DNA from: the human T2T-CHM13v2.0 reference genome, Homo sapiens
Length of the DNA stretch: 64,000 nucleotides
Direction of reading: 5' to 3'
Assembly (NCBI GenBank): GCA_009914755.4
Contig: CP068257.2
Coordinates: forward strand, 20,128,001-20,192,000
Positions 13,355 through 25,100 of this stretch are shown here, piece by piece (position 1 is the first letter of the stretch; every line of letters begins with the position of its first letter). Below the pieces are notes generated by a model. It ran no database searches and had not been told where the DNA came from. It saw only the letters and a list, made by a program, of their open reading frames with translations. Made by a program: the position numbers and the translations under genes.

Positions 13355-14620
13355 TGTTTGCTTTTTTCTAAAAGCTCCTAACACATGAGATTTTAACCTG
13401 TAGATAAAACATGTTTCATGTTTCATTTTGATATTGAGCTGATATTTAATGTTTACTTTCAATGTTTTGAGTGTAAACTCTTAAGTACAATATACTACTT
13501 CTTTATTTTCAGCAAATCAACTATTACAATTATTCGTTGAATTTAAAAAATCATGTTTTCTATGTATCTTGTAGTTTTAAATACTTTATAAATCATGGGC
13601 TTTCCTGATAATTTGTTAAAAACTCTTAATCTTTTTCTCATCGGTTAAGAGAAATGAACATAGATACAATATTTAGTGTGCATTGTCATGATATTCACAC
13701 ACATACTGCAATTCATTAATTGAAAGTCTTTGGAAATGAAGGTAAGGAAAGAACTTAAGTTCCTAAACCAAAACATCTTCAACTTAACTCTAGGTAAATA
13801 GTATTAACTAAATTATTTCTTTATTACCACTTTATTATTTCAACGATACAGGTAACAGTATTAAATAGTATTCAACAATTCTTAATTTATTCTGAATGTA
13901 CACCATAACAGGTATCATTATGTAGTGTTTCCTATATTCTGATAGCTATTGAATTATTATTTTATTATACATTCTTGTAAGTATACGTGTAGACATGAAA
14001 ATAAACATGCACGACCTATATGACATGCTATGTTCAGTGATGACAGCTGTCTTCCCATTTTTTTGATGTGTTAAATGCAAGAGGTTTATTTCTTTTTAAA
14101 AAGTTGTTGTGGGTACATAGTAGACATATATACTTATGGAGTTCATGAGATATTTTGATACAGGAATGGAATTCATAATAATCACGTTATGAAAGATGGG
14201 TTATCCATCTTGTCAATATCTATTCTTTGTGTTACACACAATTCAGTTATACTGTTTTAGTTATTTTGAAATGTACAATTAAATTTTTACTGACTATAGG
14301 CACCCTATTGTGCTATCAAACACTAGGCCATATTCATTCATTTGGACTATTTTTTGTACCTGTTACTAAGCCTTTTTCCAACTCCCCACTACCTTTCTCA
14401 GCCTCTGGTAGCCATCCTTCTACTCTCTATCTGCATGTGTTCAGTTGTTTGGATTTTTAGATCCCATAAATACATAAGAACATATGACGTTTGTCTTTTT
14501 GTGCCAGGCTTATATTACTTAACATAATGACCTACAATTCCTTCTATGGTGTTGGAAATGACAAGGCCTCATTCTTTTATATGACTGAATAGCACATCAT
14601 GTCTATACATACCACAGTTT

Positions 14621-14940
14621 CTTTTTCTATTTTTTTTTGTTTGTTTGTTTGTTTTGCTGAGATGGAGTCTTGCTCTGTTCCACTAGCTGGAGTGCAATGG
14701 CACAATCTTTGCTCACTGCGGACTCCGTCTCTGGGTTCAAGCAATTATCCCTGCCTCAGCCTCCTGAGTAGCTGGGATTACAGGTGCCCACCACCACGCC
14801 TGGCTAATTTTTGTATTTTTTAGTAGAAACAGGGTTTTGCCATGTTAGCCAGGCTGGTCTTGAACTCCTGTCCTCAGGTGATCCACCTTCATTGGCCTCC
14901 CAAATGCTGGGATTATAGGTGTGAGCCACTGTGCCCGCCC
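14621..14940 (-). mobile_element. Alu SINE (AluS-like) inserted into the old L1, with an 11-bp TSD
   Basis: The element reads poly-T followed by 'gagatggagtcttgctctgttcc...ggctcactgcg...cctcagcctcctgagtagctgggattacagg...' and ends 'gccactgtgcccgccc'. Direct repeats 'taccacagttt' lie at 14610-14620 and 14944-14954. Confidence 0.9.
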
Positions 14941-15086
14941 ATGTACCACAGTTTTTTTTTTTTTTCCCTTCATCTGTTGATGGACACTGAGGCAGCTTCC
15001 AAGATTTGGCTTTTGTAAACAAAGCTGCAACAAGCATGGGGTTGGACATATCTCTTGCATATGTTGGTCTCCTTTCTTTTGGGTAT

Positions 15087-15397
15087 TGTATTCAATTGGG
15101 TACTGACTTACAGTCCCATGTGGCTGGGGAGGCCTCACAATCATGGTGGAAGGCAAGGAGGAGCAAGTCACGTCTTACATGAATGGTGGCAGGCAAAGAG
15201 AGAGAGCTTGTTCAGAGGAACTCCTTTGTATAAAACCATCAGATCTTGTGAGACTTATTCAGAATGCTGAGACCCACACAAGAAAGACTCACCCCTGTGA
15301 TTCAATTACCTCCGACTGAGTCCCACCCATGACGTGGGAATTGTGGGAGTTACAATTCATCAAGAGATTTGGGTGGGGGCATAGCCAAACCATATCA
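15087..15397 (-). mobile_element. THE1 LTR, the 3' LTR of the - strand provirus; carries a ~50 bp internal deletion near its 'tgtatt' end
   Basis: See the full-length THE1 entry above. It ends 'ggcatagccaaaccatatca' at 15397. Confidence 0.8.
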
Positions 15398-16932
15398 TTC
15401 TGCTCCTCATCTCTCTCAAATCTCATGTCCCCACATTTCAAAACCAATCATGCCTTCCCAACAGTCTGGCAAAGTCTTCACTCACTTCAGCATTAACCCA
15501 AAAGTCCACAGTCCAAAGTCTTATCTGAGACAAGGCATGTCCCTTCCACATATGAGCCTGTGAAATCAAAAGCAAGCTAGTTACTTCCTAGATACAATTG
15601 GGGTACAGGTATTGGGTAAATACAGCGATTCCAAATGCGAGAAATTGGCCAAAACAAAAGGGCTACAGGGTCCATGCAACTCCAAAATCCAGCTGGGTAG
15701 TCAAATCTTAAAGGTCCAAAATAATCTCCTTTGACTCCATGTCTCACATCAAGGTCATGCTGATGCAAGAGGTGGGTTCCTATAGTATTGGGCAGCACTG
15801 ACTCTGTGACTTTTCAGGGTACAGCTTCCCACCTGGGTGTTTTCATGGGCTGGTATTGAGTGTCTGTGGCTTTTCCAGGCACACAGTGCAAGCTGTCAGT
15901 GGATCTATCATTCTGGGGTCTGGAGGACAGTGGCCTTCTCTCACAGCTCCACTAGGCAGTGCCCCAGTGGGGACTCTATGTGGGAGCTTCAACCCTGCAT
16001 TTCCCTTCCACACTGCCCTAGAAGAGGTTCTCCATGAAGGACTCACCCCTGCAGCAAACTTCTTCCTGGGCATCCAGGCATTTCCATATATCCTCTGAAA
16101 TCTAAGTGGGGGTTCCCAAACATCAATTCTTGACTTCTGTACACCTGCAGGTTCAACACCATGTGGAAGCTGCCAAGACTTGAGGCTTGCACCCTCTGAA
16201 GCCACGGCCTGAGCTTTACTTTGGCCCCGTTTAGTCACGGCTGGAGTGGCTGGGACTCATGCCACCAAGTTCCTAGGCTGCACACAGCACTGGGACACTG
16301 GGCCAGCCCAGAAAACCATATTTTTGTCCTAGGCCTCTGGACCTGTGATGAGAAGGGCTGCAGTAAAGACCTCTCTGACATGCCCTGGAGACATTTTCCC
16401 CATTGTCTTGGGGATTGTCATTGCAGCCAGCTTAAATTTCTCCTTAGAAAATGGGATTTTCTTTTCTATCGCATTGTCCAGCTGCAAATTTTCTGAACTG
16501 TTATGCTCTGCTTCCCTTATAAAACTGAATGCTTTAACAGCACTGAAGTCACCTCTTGAAAGCTTTGCTGCTTAGAAATTTCTTCTGCCAGATATCCTAA
16601 ATCATTCTCTCAAGTTCAAAGTTTCACAAATCTCTGGGGCAGGGGCAAAATGCTGCCAGACTCTTTGCTAAAACATAACAAGAGTCACCTTTGATACAGT
16701 TCCTAACAAGTTTTTCATCTCTATCTGAGACCACCACAGATTTAATCTTATTGTTCATATCATGATCAACATTTTTGTCAAAGCCATTCAACAAGTCTCT
16801 AGGAAGTTCCAAACTTTCCCACGTTTTCCGGTCTTCTTCTGTGTCCTCCAAACTGTTCCAATCTCTGCCTGTTACCCAGTTCCAAAGTCACTTACACATT
16901 TTGGGTGCCCCACTCTACTGGTACCAATTTAC

Positions 16933-17293
16933 TGTATTAGTCAGTTTTCATGCTGCTGATAAAGACATACCAGAGACTGGGAAGAAAAAAAGGTTTAATG
17001 GACTTACAGTTCCACGTGGCTGGGGAGACCTCACAATCAGGTGGAAGGCAAGGAGGAGCAAGTCACGTCTTACATGGATGGCGGCAGGCAAAGAGAGAGA
17101 ACTTGTGCAGGGGAACTCCTCTTTACAAAACCATCAGATCTCATGAGACTTATTCACTATCACAAGAACAGCATGAGAAAGACCTTCCCCCATCATTCAA
17201 TTACCTCCATCTGGGTCCCTCCCAGACATGTGGAAATTGTGGGAGTTACAATTCAAGATGAGATTTGGGTGGGGACATAGCCAAACTATATCA
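16933..17293 (-). mobile_element. THE1 LTR, the 5' LTR of the - strand provirus
   Basis: The sequence runs 'tgtattagtcagttttcatgctgctgataaagacataccagagactgg...ccaaactatatca', which is the reverse complement of the THE1 LTR consensus. Confidence 0.8.
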
Positions 17294-18103
17294 GGTATAT
17301 AATCAGCAGGGGATTGCTGGATCATATGGTAGTGGAACCTCCAAACATTTCTCCATAGTGATTGCACTAACTTGCATTCCTACCAACAATGTACAAGAGG
17401 GTTCTCTTTTATCCACATCCTTGCCAGCATTAGTTATTGCCTTTTTGATAAAAGCCACTTCAACTGAGATGATATCTCATTGTATTTTTTTATTTGAATT
17501 TCTCTGATGATCAATGATGTTAAGCACTTTTTCATATGTCCATTTACCAATTGGAAGTCTTCTCTTGAGAAATGTCCATGCAAATCTTTTGTCCATCTTT
17601 TGAGCAGATTATTAGACTTTTTCCTACAGAGTTGTTTGAATTCCTTATATATTCTGGTTATTAATACCTTGTCAGATGGTAGTTTGCAAATATTTTCCCT
17701 CTTCTGTGGGTTGTCTCATCACGTCGTGGATTGTTTCTCTGCTGTGCAGAAACTTTTTAACTTGATATGACCCCATTTGTCCATATATGCTTTGGTTGCC
17801 TGTGCTTGTGGGGTGTTTACTCAAGAAATATTCGTGCAGACCAATATACTTGATAATTTTTCCAATGTTTTCTTGTCATAGTTTCATAGTTTGAGGGCTT
17901 AGATTCAATTCTCTAATACATTTTTATTTAATTTTTATAGATGGTGAGATATAGAGGTCTAGTTTCACTCTTCTGCATATGAATTTCCCAGTTTTCCTCT
18001 TTTATTGAAGAGACTGTCTTTTCCCCAGTGTATGTTCTTGGCACCTTCATTGAAAATGAGTTCACTGTATGTGGGTCAATTTGTTTCTGGGTTCTCTATT
18101 CTG

Positions 18104-18106
<3 letters not shown>

Positions 18107-18138
<32 letters not shown>

Positions 18139-18153
18139 TGTGTGTGTGTGTGT
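18107..18153. repeat. (GT)n dinucleotide microsatellite of ~23 units with one CT interruption, inside the L1 body
   Basis: The sequence reads 'gtgtgtgtgtgtgtgtgtgtgtgtgtgtctgtgtgtgtgtgtgtt'. Confidence 0.95.
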
Positions 18154-19431
18154 TTTATGCCAGTACCATCCTGTTTTGTTACTGTAACTCTGTAATATAA
18201 TTTGAAGTGAGGTTATATGATTTGTCCAGTTTTGTTCTTTTTGCTTAGGATAGTTTTGGCTATTGTGGATCTTTTGTGGTTTCATAACAATTTTAGGTTT
18301 TTTTTTCTATTTTTGTGAAGAATGTCATTGATAATTTTATAGGGATTGCATTGAATCCGTAGATTGTTTTTGGTGGTATAGACATTTTAATAATATTGAT
18401 TATTTCAATCCCTGAACATAAAATACCTTTCCATTTTTTGGTGTCCTCCTCAATTTCTTTCATCAGTGTTTTATACTTTTCATTACAGAGATCATTCTTT
18501 TCTTTGTTGAAATTAATTCCTAGATATTTATTTTATGTGTGGCTATTGTAAATGGGATTATATTTTATTTCGTTTTTACATTGTTCACTGTTGGTATATA
18601 GAAATGCTTCTGATTTTTGTATGTTGATTTTGTATCTTACAACTTTACTGAACCTGTTTACAAGTTTTAATAGCTTTTTAGTGGACTCTTTGGTTTGCCC
18701 AAACATAAGATCGTATTAATTGCAAACAAGGATAATTTGAATTCTTTCATTTTAATTTGGATGCTCTTTATTTCTTTCTCATGTCTGATTTCTCTAGCTA
18801 GGACTTCCAGTACTATGTTGAATAACAGTGGTGAAAATGGGCATTCTTGTCAGATTTTAGAGGAAAGGCTTTTATGTTTTTCCTCATTCAGTATGATACT
18901 ATTCTGTATGACAGCTGAGGGTCTCATATATATGGCTTTAATTATGATGAGGTATGTTTCTTCTATACTCAGTTTTTTGAGGGTTTTGATAATGAAGAGA
19001 TGTTGAATTTTATCAATGCTTTTTCAACATCAGCTGAAACGATCATGTGGGGTTTTTTCCTTCATTCTGTTGATATGATGTATCACATTGATTGATTTGT
19101 GTATTTTGAACCATCCTTGCATGCTAGTGATAAATTCCACTTGGTCGTGATGAATGATTTTTTAATTTATTGTTGAATTTGGTTTGCTTATATTTTGTTA
19201 AGGAATTTTGGATCTCTATTTATCAGGGATATTTTTGTCTGTAGTTTCCTTTCTTTCTTTTTTTTAAGTATGCCTTTGTCTGGTTTTGGTATCAGGATAA
19301 TATTTGCCTTAAACTGAGTTTGGAAGTATTCCCTTCTCCTATATTTTTTGTAATTGATTGCATAGGCTCTGTATTAGTTCTTCTTTAAAAGTTTGGTAGA
19401 ATTCAGCAGTAAAACCACTGGGTCCTGGGCT

Positions 19432-19737
19432 CTTTTTTTTTTTTTTTTTTTTTGAGATGGACTCTCACTCTGTCATCCAAACTGGAGTACTGTGGCACTG
19501 TCTCAGCTCATGCAGTCTCTGCCTCCCAGGTTCAAACAATTCTCCTGCCTCAGCCTCCTGAGTAGCTGGGATTACAGGGATGCACCCCCAGTGCCTGGCT
19601 AATGTTTTTGTATTTTTAGTAGACATGGAGTTTCACTATGTTGGTCAGGCTGGTCTCGAACTTCTAACCTCAGGTGATCCACCTGCCTTGGCCTCCCAAT
19701 GTGCTGAGGTCACAGGCATGAGCCACCGCACCCAGCC
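19432..19737 (-). mobile_element. Alu SINE inserted into the L1 ORF2 region
   Basis: It reads poly-T(22) followed by 'gagatggactctcactctgtcatccaaactggagtactgtggcactgtctcagctca...cctcagcctcctgagtagctgggattacaggg...' and ends 'gagccaccgcacccagcc'. L1 antisense sequence resumes on both sides. The TSD is not clean ('ggctcttt' / 'ggcttttc'). Confidence 0.9.
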
Positions 19738-20975
19738 CCAGGCTTTTCTTTACTGGGAGATTTTTATTACGACTTTGATCTCATTACTTGTTATTGGTCC
19801 TTTCAGGTTTTGAATTTCTTTCTGGTTCAACTGGTTCAATCTTGATAGGTTATACATGTCTAAGAATGTGTCCATTTCTTCTAGATTTTTCAATTTACTG
19901 GTATATAGTTGCTCATAGTTGCTATTAATGATACTTTCAATGTCTGTGGTATCAGGCATAATGTCTCCTTTTTTATCTTTGATTTTTTTTTTATTTGGAT
20001 AATCTCTTTTCCTTAGCCTGGCTAAAAATTTGTCTATTTTGTTTAACTTCTCAAAAACCACTTTTTTGTTTCATTGATCTTTTGTATTGTTTTCTTCATT
20101 TCAAATTCATTTATTTCTGCTTTGAAATTTATTATTTCTTTTCTTCTACTAATGTTGGGTTTGGTTTGCTCTTGCTTATCTAGTTCTTTTACATGCATCA
20201 TTAAGTTGTTTATTTGAAGTTTTTCTTCTTTTTTGATGTAAGCACTTATAGCTATAAACTTCTTTCTTATTACTTCATTTGCTGTATCCCATAGGATTTG
20301 GTAGGTTGTGTTTCCATTATCATTTATTTCAAGAAATTTTTCAATTTCCTTCTTAATTTATTTACTGACTCACTGGTCATTCAGCAGCATACTGTTTAAT
20401 TTCCATGTATTTGTATAGTTTCCAAAATTCCTCTTGTAATTGATTTCTGCTTTTATTCCATTGTGTTTATAGAAGATGCTTGATATTTTTTCAATCTTTT
20501 TGAATGTTTTAAGGCTTGTTTTTTTGAACTAACATATGGTCTATCCTCGAGAATGATCCATGTAAATGTTTATTAGATTCATTTGGTCTATAATGCAGAT
20601 TAAGTCCAATGTTTCTTTGTTGGTTTTTTGTCTGGAAGATCTGTCCATTGCTGAAAGTGGGGTGTTGAAGTATCTAGCTATTATTGTATTGGGGCCTATC
20701 TCTCTCTTTAACTCTAATAATATATTTTTTTATATATGTGGGTGCTCCAGTGTTTGGTGCATATATACTTAAAATTGTTATATCCTCTTGATAAATTGAA
20801 CACTTTATTATTACATAATATCCTTCTTTGCTCCTTCTTAGAGTTTTTGTCTTGAAATCTATTCTTTTTCTGATAAGACTAGTTACTCTTGCTCTTTTTT
20901 GGTTTCCATTGGCATGGAATATCTTTCTCCATCCCTTTATTTTCAGTATATGTGTGTTTCCCTCTTTCTCCGCTC

Positions 20976-21961
20976 TAAGCCACCTGGAGCTGGGGGTGAA
21001 TTGACACAAGAACCCTGTGGCCACCACCCCTAAGTGTGTACTGGGTCACACCTGAAGTCTGTACAGCACTGGATCTTACCCAAGGTCTGCTGTAACCACT
21101 CCCTTGTACCACCTATGTTCGCTCAAAGCGCTGGGTCTCTAGAATAAGCGTTGTAGCCATCCAGACCTATGTCCTTTCCTTCAGAGCAGTGATTTCTTTC
21201 CCCTGGCCCCTGGGAAGGTCCAGAGGTTCAGTTAGGGAGCCAGATACTAGAGTCAAAGACCTTAGAAATCGTCCTTGGGTTCTATTGTGCTGCGGCTGAA
21301 TTGGCACTCAAACCACAAGACATAGTCCTTCCCACTCTTCCCTCCCCTTTCCACAGGCAGAGGAGTCTCAGTAGGTCACATGCCACCCCAATCCACTATC
21401 TCTAGGCCCAGCTGAGCCCTAGGACATGACTTGCCTGGGTGTGGCAATTCTTGTGGCCTAGACTCCCTTTCAGGTTTATTTGGAGCCACAGACCACTTTA
21501 GCCTGCAGTGGAGAGCCTTACGACAACTCAAACTCTGACCTCTGGGATCAGTCATTCTCCTCTGGCTAGGGCTGGTTTAAATGCACCCTCAGTGGACAGG
21601 CATCAACTGAGTTTAATCTAGTTTTGCTTTCTTCTATAAAGGAGGGCAGCATGGAGTTCAATGGCTCAAAATTGCTGGGTCTCCCTCTCAGGGCACAAAA
21701 TCTCTCTCTAAAGAAAGCTGCTGCTGCTGGTGGGTGGGGAAAGGGTGGTGTCAGTGATTCAAGTCTCCTTTTTCTACTTCTTCAGTGCCTCTTTCAGTGA
21801 TACAAAGTAAAAGCCAAGGATTATGAATGGTCACCTGATTTTTTGGTTCTTATGAAGGTGCTTTTTTGTGTGTAAATAGTTGTTAAATTAGTGTCCTTGC
21901 AGGGGATGATAGGTGGAGCCTTCTATTCTGCCATCTTGCTTCATTCTCAACCTATCCTCCC
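20976..21961 (-). mobile_element. Putative L1 5'UTR of an older L1P-type subfamily, in antisense, abutting the ORF2 fragment; this would imply loss of ORF1
   Basis: On the + strand the right-hand end reads '...ggagccttctattctgccatcttgcttcattctcaacctatcctccc'. Its reverse complement, 'gggaggataggttgagaatgaagcaagatggcagaatagaaggctcc', resembles the canonical L1 5' terminus (GGGGGAGGAGCCAAGATGGCCGAATAGGAAC). The orientation agrees with the adjacent antisense L1 body. The assignment is from memory of older L1P 5'UTRs and is uncertain. Confidence 0.45.
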
Positions 21962-24589
21962 ATTTAAAATTATTATGGTCTTCATTTTTGGAAACAGATG
22001 TGACAGGAATCAACAGATGTTAACGGGAAACAAGGAATTTTCCTGATGAGACAATTTGGTCTTAGAACTGTTTTAGAAACCAAGTAAAGTGCAAAGTTTC
22101 GCTAGGGCCCTCAAATAAAAATGATGTAAACCAACAGATGACAGCTTAATGAGTTTAGGCAGGAGGATGGGGCTATATAGTATCAAGATAGATGATGTTG
22201 AATCTCATGGATAGATTCGGTTACTGACTCTACAGATCAATAATGGCAATCATGATGATGATTTACTGTTAGGGAAACATGTTTTGGTGGTATCTCGGGC
22301 TTGTCTGACAATGCATATTCAAAAGATAGATTGAATGCCCTGGAATGTTAACCTTGTCACTGATGATTTTAGCATTTTCTTGAGATGCACTAAAAAAGAC
22401 TGTTTTTTTTTCCTTTTAAAATTATTGGGCTGAATAATCATATTTAGTTATTTCAATTCTAGCTGAAGAATTTGGTATGTTTCAAAATACTACACTAAAG
22501 TTAAATTGCATTTTGTTCAAAAGGTCTCATATTAATTTTTATTATTTTAAATGAAAACTCACAGTAGCTTGGAAAATAAAGTGGTTTCACCTCTATTTAG
22601 TATACTACAAACAGTAAAAGTGATATTGAAGGATATTCATATAGTAAAATCACAAAATGATATATTGCATTATATTCAGGGAAAGCATCAGGATTGTGCG
22701 AAGTTGGACACCCTTGCATCTTTTAGGAAACAGCCATTGACATCTTTACTGTAAGAAATAATGCACTTTTTTTTGGAGATGGATAAATAGTAATTAATCA
22801 AAATTCAATTTCAAGGCATTTGAAAGTTTCTCCGCCTTTCTCCAACATAACAAACAAAAGGATTTTCATAACTTTACTCCTGCAAGTTGTCAATTTTTTA
22901 ACTATTTTTGTATATTGCTACATTTTGCATATTACTATGTTATATAAAATAATATTGTAAATAATTTAAACAATTTGAATACCAAAGTTCTTTCTATTTG
23001 TCATTAAAATTAATTTTTCCTGTGTCTATTGTTCTACTCACAGAGTGATGCAGAGATGTGACCCAACGGGTCTACCTACCAGGGAGGAGGTGTGGTTTTT
23101 ACTGGAATATTCTGGCAGGCAAAAGTGAGTAGCTTAGTTTGAGGCCTGGAACTTCTCTATACCAGGAAGTCATTTCATTTATCTGTGCCATTGTTTTCTT
23201 ATCAGCAAAATATGAACTGGGCTATCTAATTGACAGTTTTTCCATGACAAGCAAGTGAGCTGAGCCAATATGAGTAAGGGAAACAAATGCAAATCTCCAA
23301 TGCCATTTCAGTGATGGATATTAACTTTCAAATGAAATACAAAAATTTACAGCATTTCCTCAATTCAATTTGATATCATTGAAACAGTCTTTATTTTTCA
23401 TAATGAAATACTCAATGATTTATTATAATATAATCCTTAATTGTGTTTCATGTCTTTGAAATGACAACAATTTTACTCTTTCATGACAAAAATGTTTATT
23501 ACTTTATATATTAGCAATATCTAAAACCTCCCCATAATTTTCATTTCATCCAACCCACTCTACCACCAGATCAATGTAAGGACCCAGGTTTAGAATGAAT
23601 GTATCTCCTCTTATTCCCTTATTTATGCCATTCCATGACCCACCAAACACACATTTCATTGATTCTACATACCACTTTCTTTTTCAACTCCTCTTCAACA
23701 TTTTGATGGTTTTTCTCTCTTCCTTACTAGATTTAATGGTATAGTTAGTCACGACAGTCATTCTCTTGCTTACATTCTCAAATCTCCTTTGTCTCTTGGT
23801 TTCAAACATTCATTTTGAAACACTTGATTAATTTCACCCCCTGACTATTTCATGCCTGTATTGCATGTAGCTGAATGTGACTGAAAAGTAGTGTGCCAGC
23901 AGGTAATTCTAAGGCATTTGAATTGAACCCCTTTTCTAATCTTCTTTTATTCTCTTTTTAAATATTCCCAAAACACCTATTGCTTTTAACATATTACATC
24001 ATTTACCTACTACATCTACTATTTACCAGGATGCATGTCCTTACAAGGCTAGGATCTTTGATGTTTTTTCCACTGATATATCTCAAGTGCCTGATATATT
24101 AAACACTCAAATATGTTTGTTGGATATATGTTGTTCAATATTTATGTTCTTATCTTCAGATTGTCTATATGATTTAGAGTTTCCAGAAAACTGTTTAACT
24201 TTGCATCCACTGACAATGGAAAGACCACATTTATCTTCCTGTGCAAAGGGTTATGTGTGTTACAGATAAAATGTTGATTCATTTTTCTATCTCATTCCCA
24301 TTCTCTATTCTAGGTGAGTATAATGCTAGTAAAAACTCTAACAAAGTAATTATAATGTGTTCCGGACAGGATCTCTCCTTTTGGCTTTCTCCCTGCTTCT
24401 GAAACACATCCCTTTCCAGGAATGCATGCTTTCTGAGGCAGACAAAAGAAGAGTTGTTCAAGGTATGTCAAGATGAAATGTCAGTTTACTGAATTGCAGT
24501 TTCTACCTTTTTTCCTATAAAACACTTCTCAATTAAATGCTTAGCTTTCAGTGTCAATAAATCTGATATTATAATTGCTACAATCCTAA

Positions 24590-24930
<341 letters not shown>

Positions 24931-25029
24931 TAAATGCCACTATATCATTTTCTTACTTTAAAAAATTGATTTGGGGGACACATAAAATCCTTGGTTATTC
25001 ACATAGTGAGGGGACAATTTTGCTTCTAT

Positions 25030-25100
25030 TTCTTACTTTACAGATAAGGAAACTGAGGCCGTGAAAAATTAGGAAATTTGTACAAGGTCACAAATATAAA
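25030..25100 (-). mobile_element. MIR SINE fragment (core region)
   Basis: 'ttacagataaggaaactgaggccgtgaaaaattaggaaatttgtacaaggtcacaaa' matches the reverse complement of the MIR core ('ttttacagatgaggaaactgaggcacagagaggttaagtaacttgcccaaggtcacaca'). Confidence 0.55.

Larger units (their letters stand above)
15087..17293 (-). mobile_element. Full-length THE1-type ERVL-MaLR element (LTR-internal-LTR, ~2.2 kb) inserted into the old L1, with a 5-bp TSD GGTAT
   Basis: Two LTRs in the same orientation are both reverse complements of the THE1 consensus ('tgtatt...cccatgtggctggggaggcctcacaatcatggtggaaggcaaggaggagcaagtcacgtcttacatg...gggaattgtgggagttacaattca...gatttgggtggggacatagccaaaccatatca'). They are separated by ~1.5 kb of internal sequence. 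'ggtat' lies immediately left (15082-15086) and right (17294-17298). The L1 antisense sequence is continuous across the insertion: '...tttcttttgggtat' on one side and 'ataatcagcaggggattgctgg' on the other. Confidence 0.8.
14088..20975 (-). mobile_element. Old primate L1 (L1PB/L1MA-like) covering 3'UTR and most of ORF2, in antisense; body is interrupted by two Alus, a full-length THE1 and a (GT)n tract
   Basis: The T-rich strand matches L1 antisense consensus along its whole length. Examples are 'gttgttgtgggtacatagtag...tgatacagg...gggttatccatc' and 'ccccactacc...ctctggtagccatccttctactctctat...gatcccataaatacataagaacatatgacgtttgtcttt...cttaacataatgacc' in the 3'UTR. Further along, 'ggtatataatcagcaggggattgctggatcatatggta', 'ccaccaacaatgtacaagagggttc' and 'tttgatttgcatttctctgatg' also match. 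The - strand ORF at 20674-21027 encodes 'THILKIKGWRKI...ILSIYAPNTGAP', a recognisable L1 ORF2p endonuclease N-terminal remnant. L1 similarity stops near 20975, at ORF2 residue ~33. Confidence 0.8.

Noticed and set aside
13133-13462. Opposite-strand overlapping ORFs (82 aa and 61 aa) suggesting an antisense gene pair
   Set aside because: They are produced by the palindromic TA/CA-rich repeat, where symmetry gives open frames on both strands. No coding signal is present.
15055-17261. Two similar ORFs (15055-15270 and 16950-17261, shared peptide '...GGRQGGASHVLH.W.QAKRE.L.RGTPLYKTIRS.ETYS') that look like paralogous genes
   Set aside because: They are the same reading frame through the two THE1 LTR copies of one provirus. 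They are short, with no start context and no known domain, so they are LTR duplication artefacts.
19420-19745. Target-site duplication for the Alu at 19432-19737
   Set aside because: Flanks 'ggctcttt' and 'ggcttttc' match only partially inside a T-rich L1 context, so I cannot call a TSD with confidence.
14069-21990. TSD for the large antisense L1 ('ttaaat' near 14069 versus 'atttaaaatt' after 21961)
   Set aside because: The match is too short and AT-rich to distinguish from chance. It also depends on the uncertain 5'UTR assignment.
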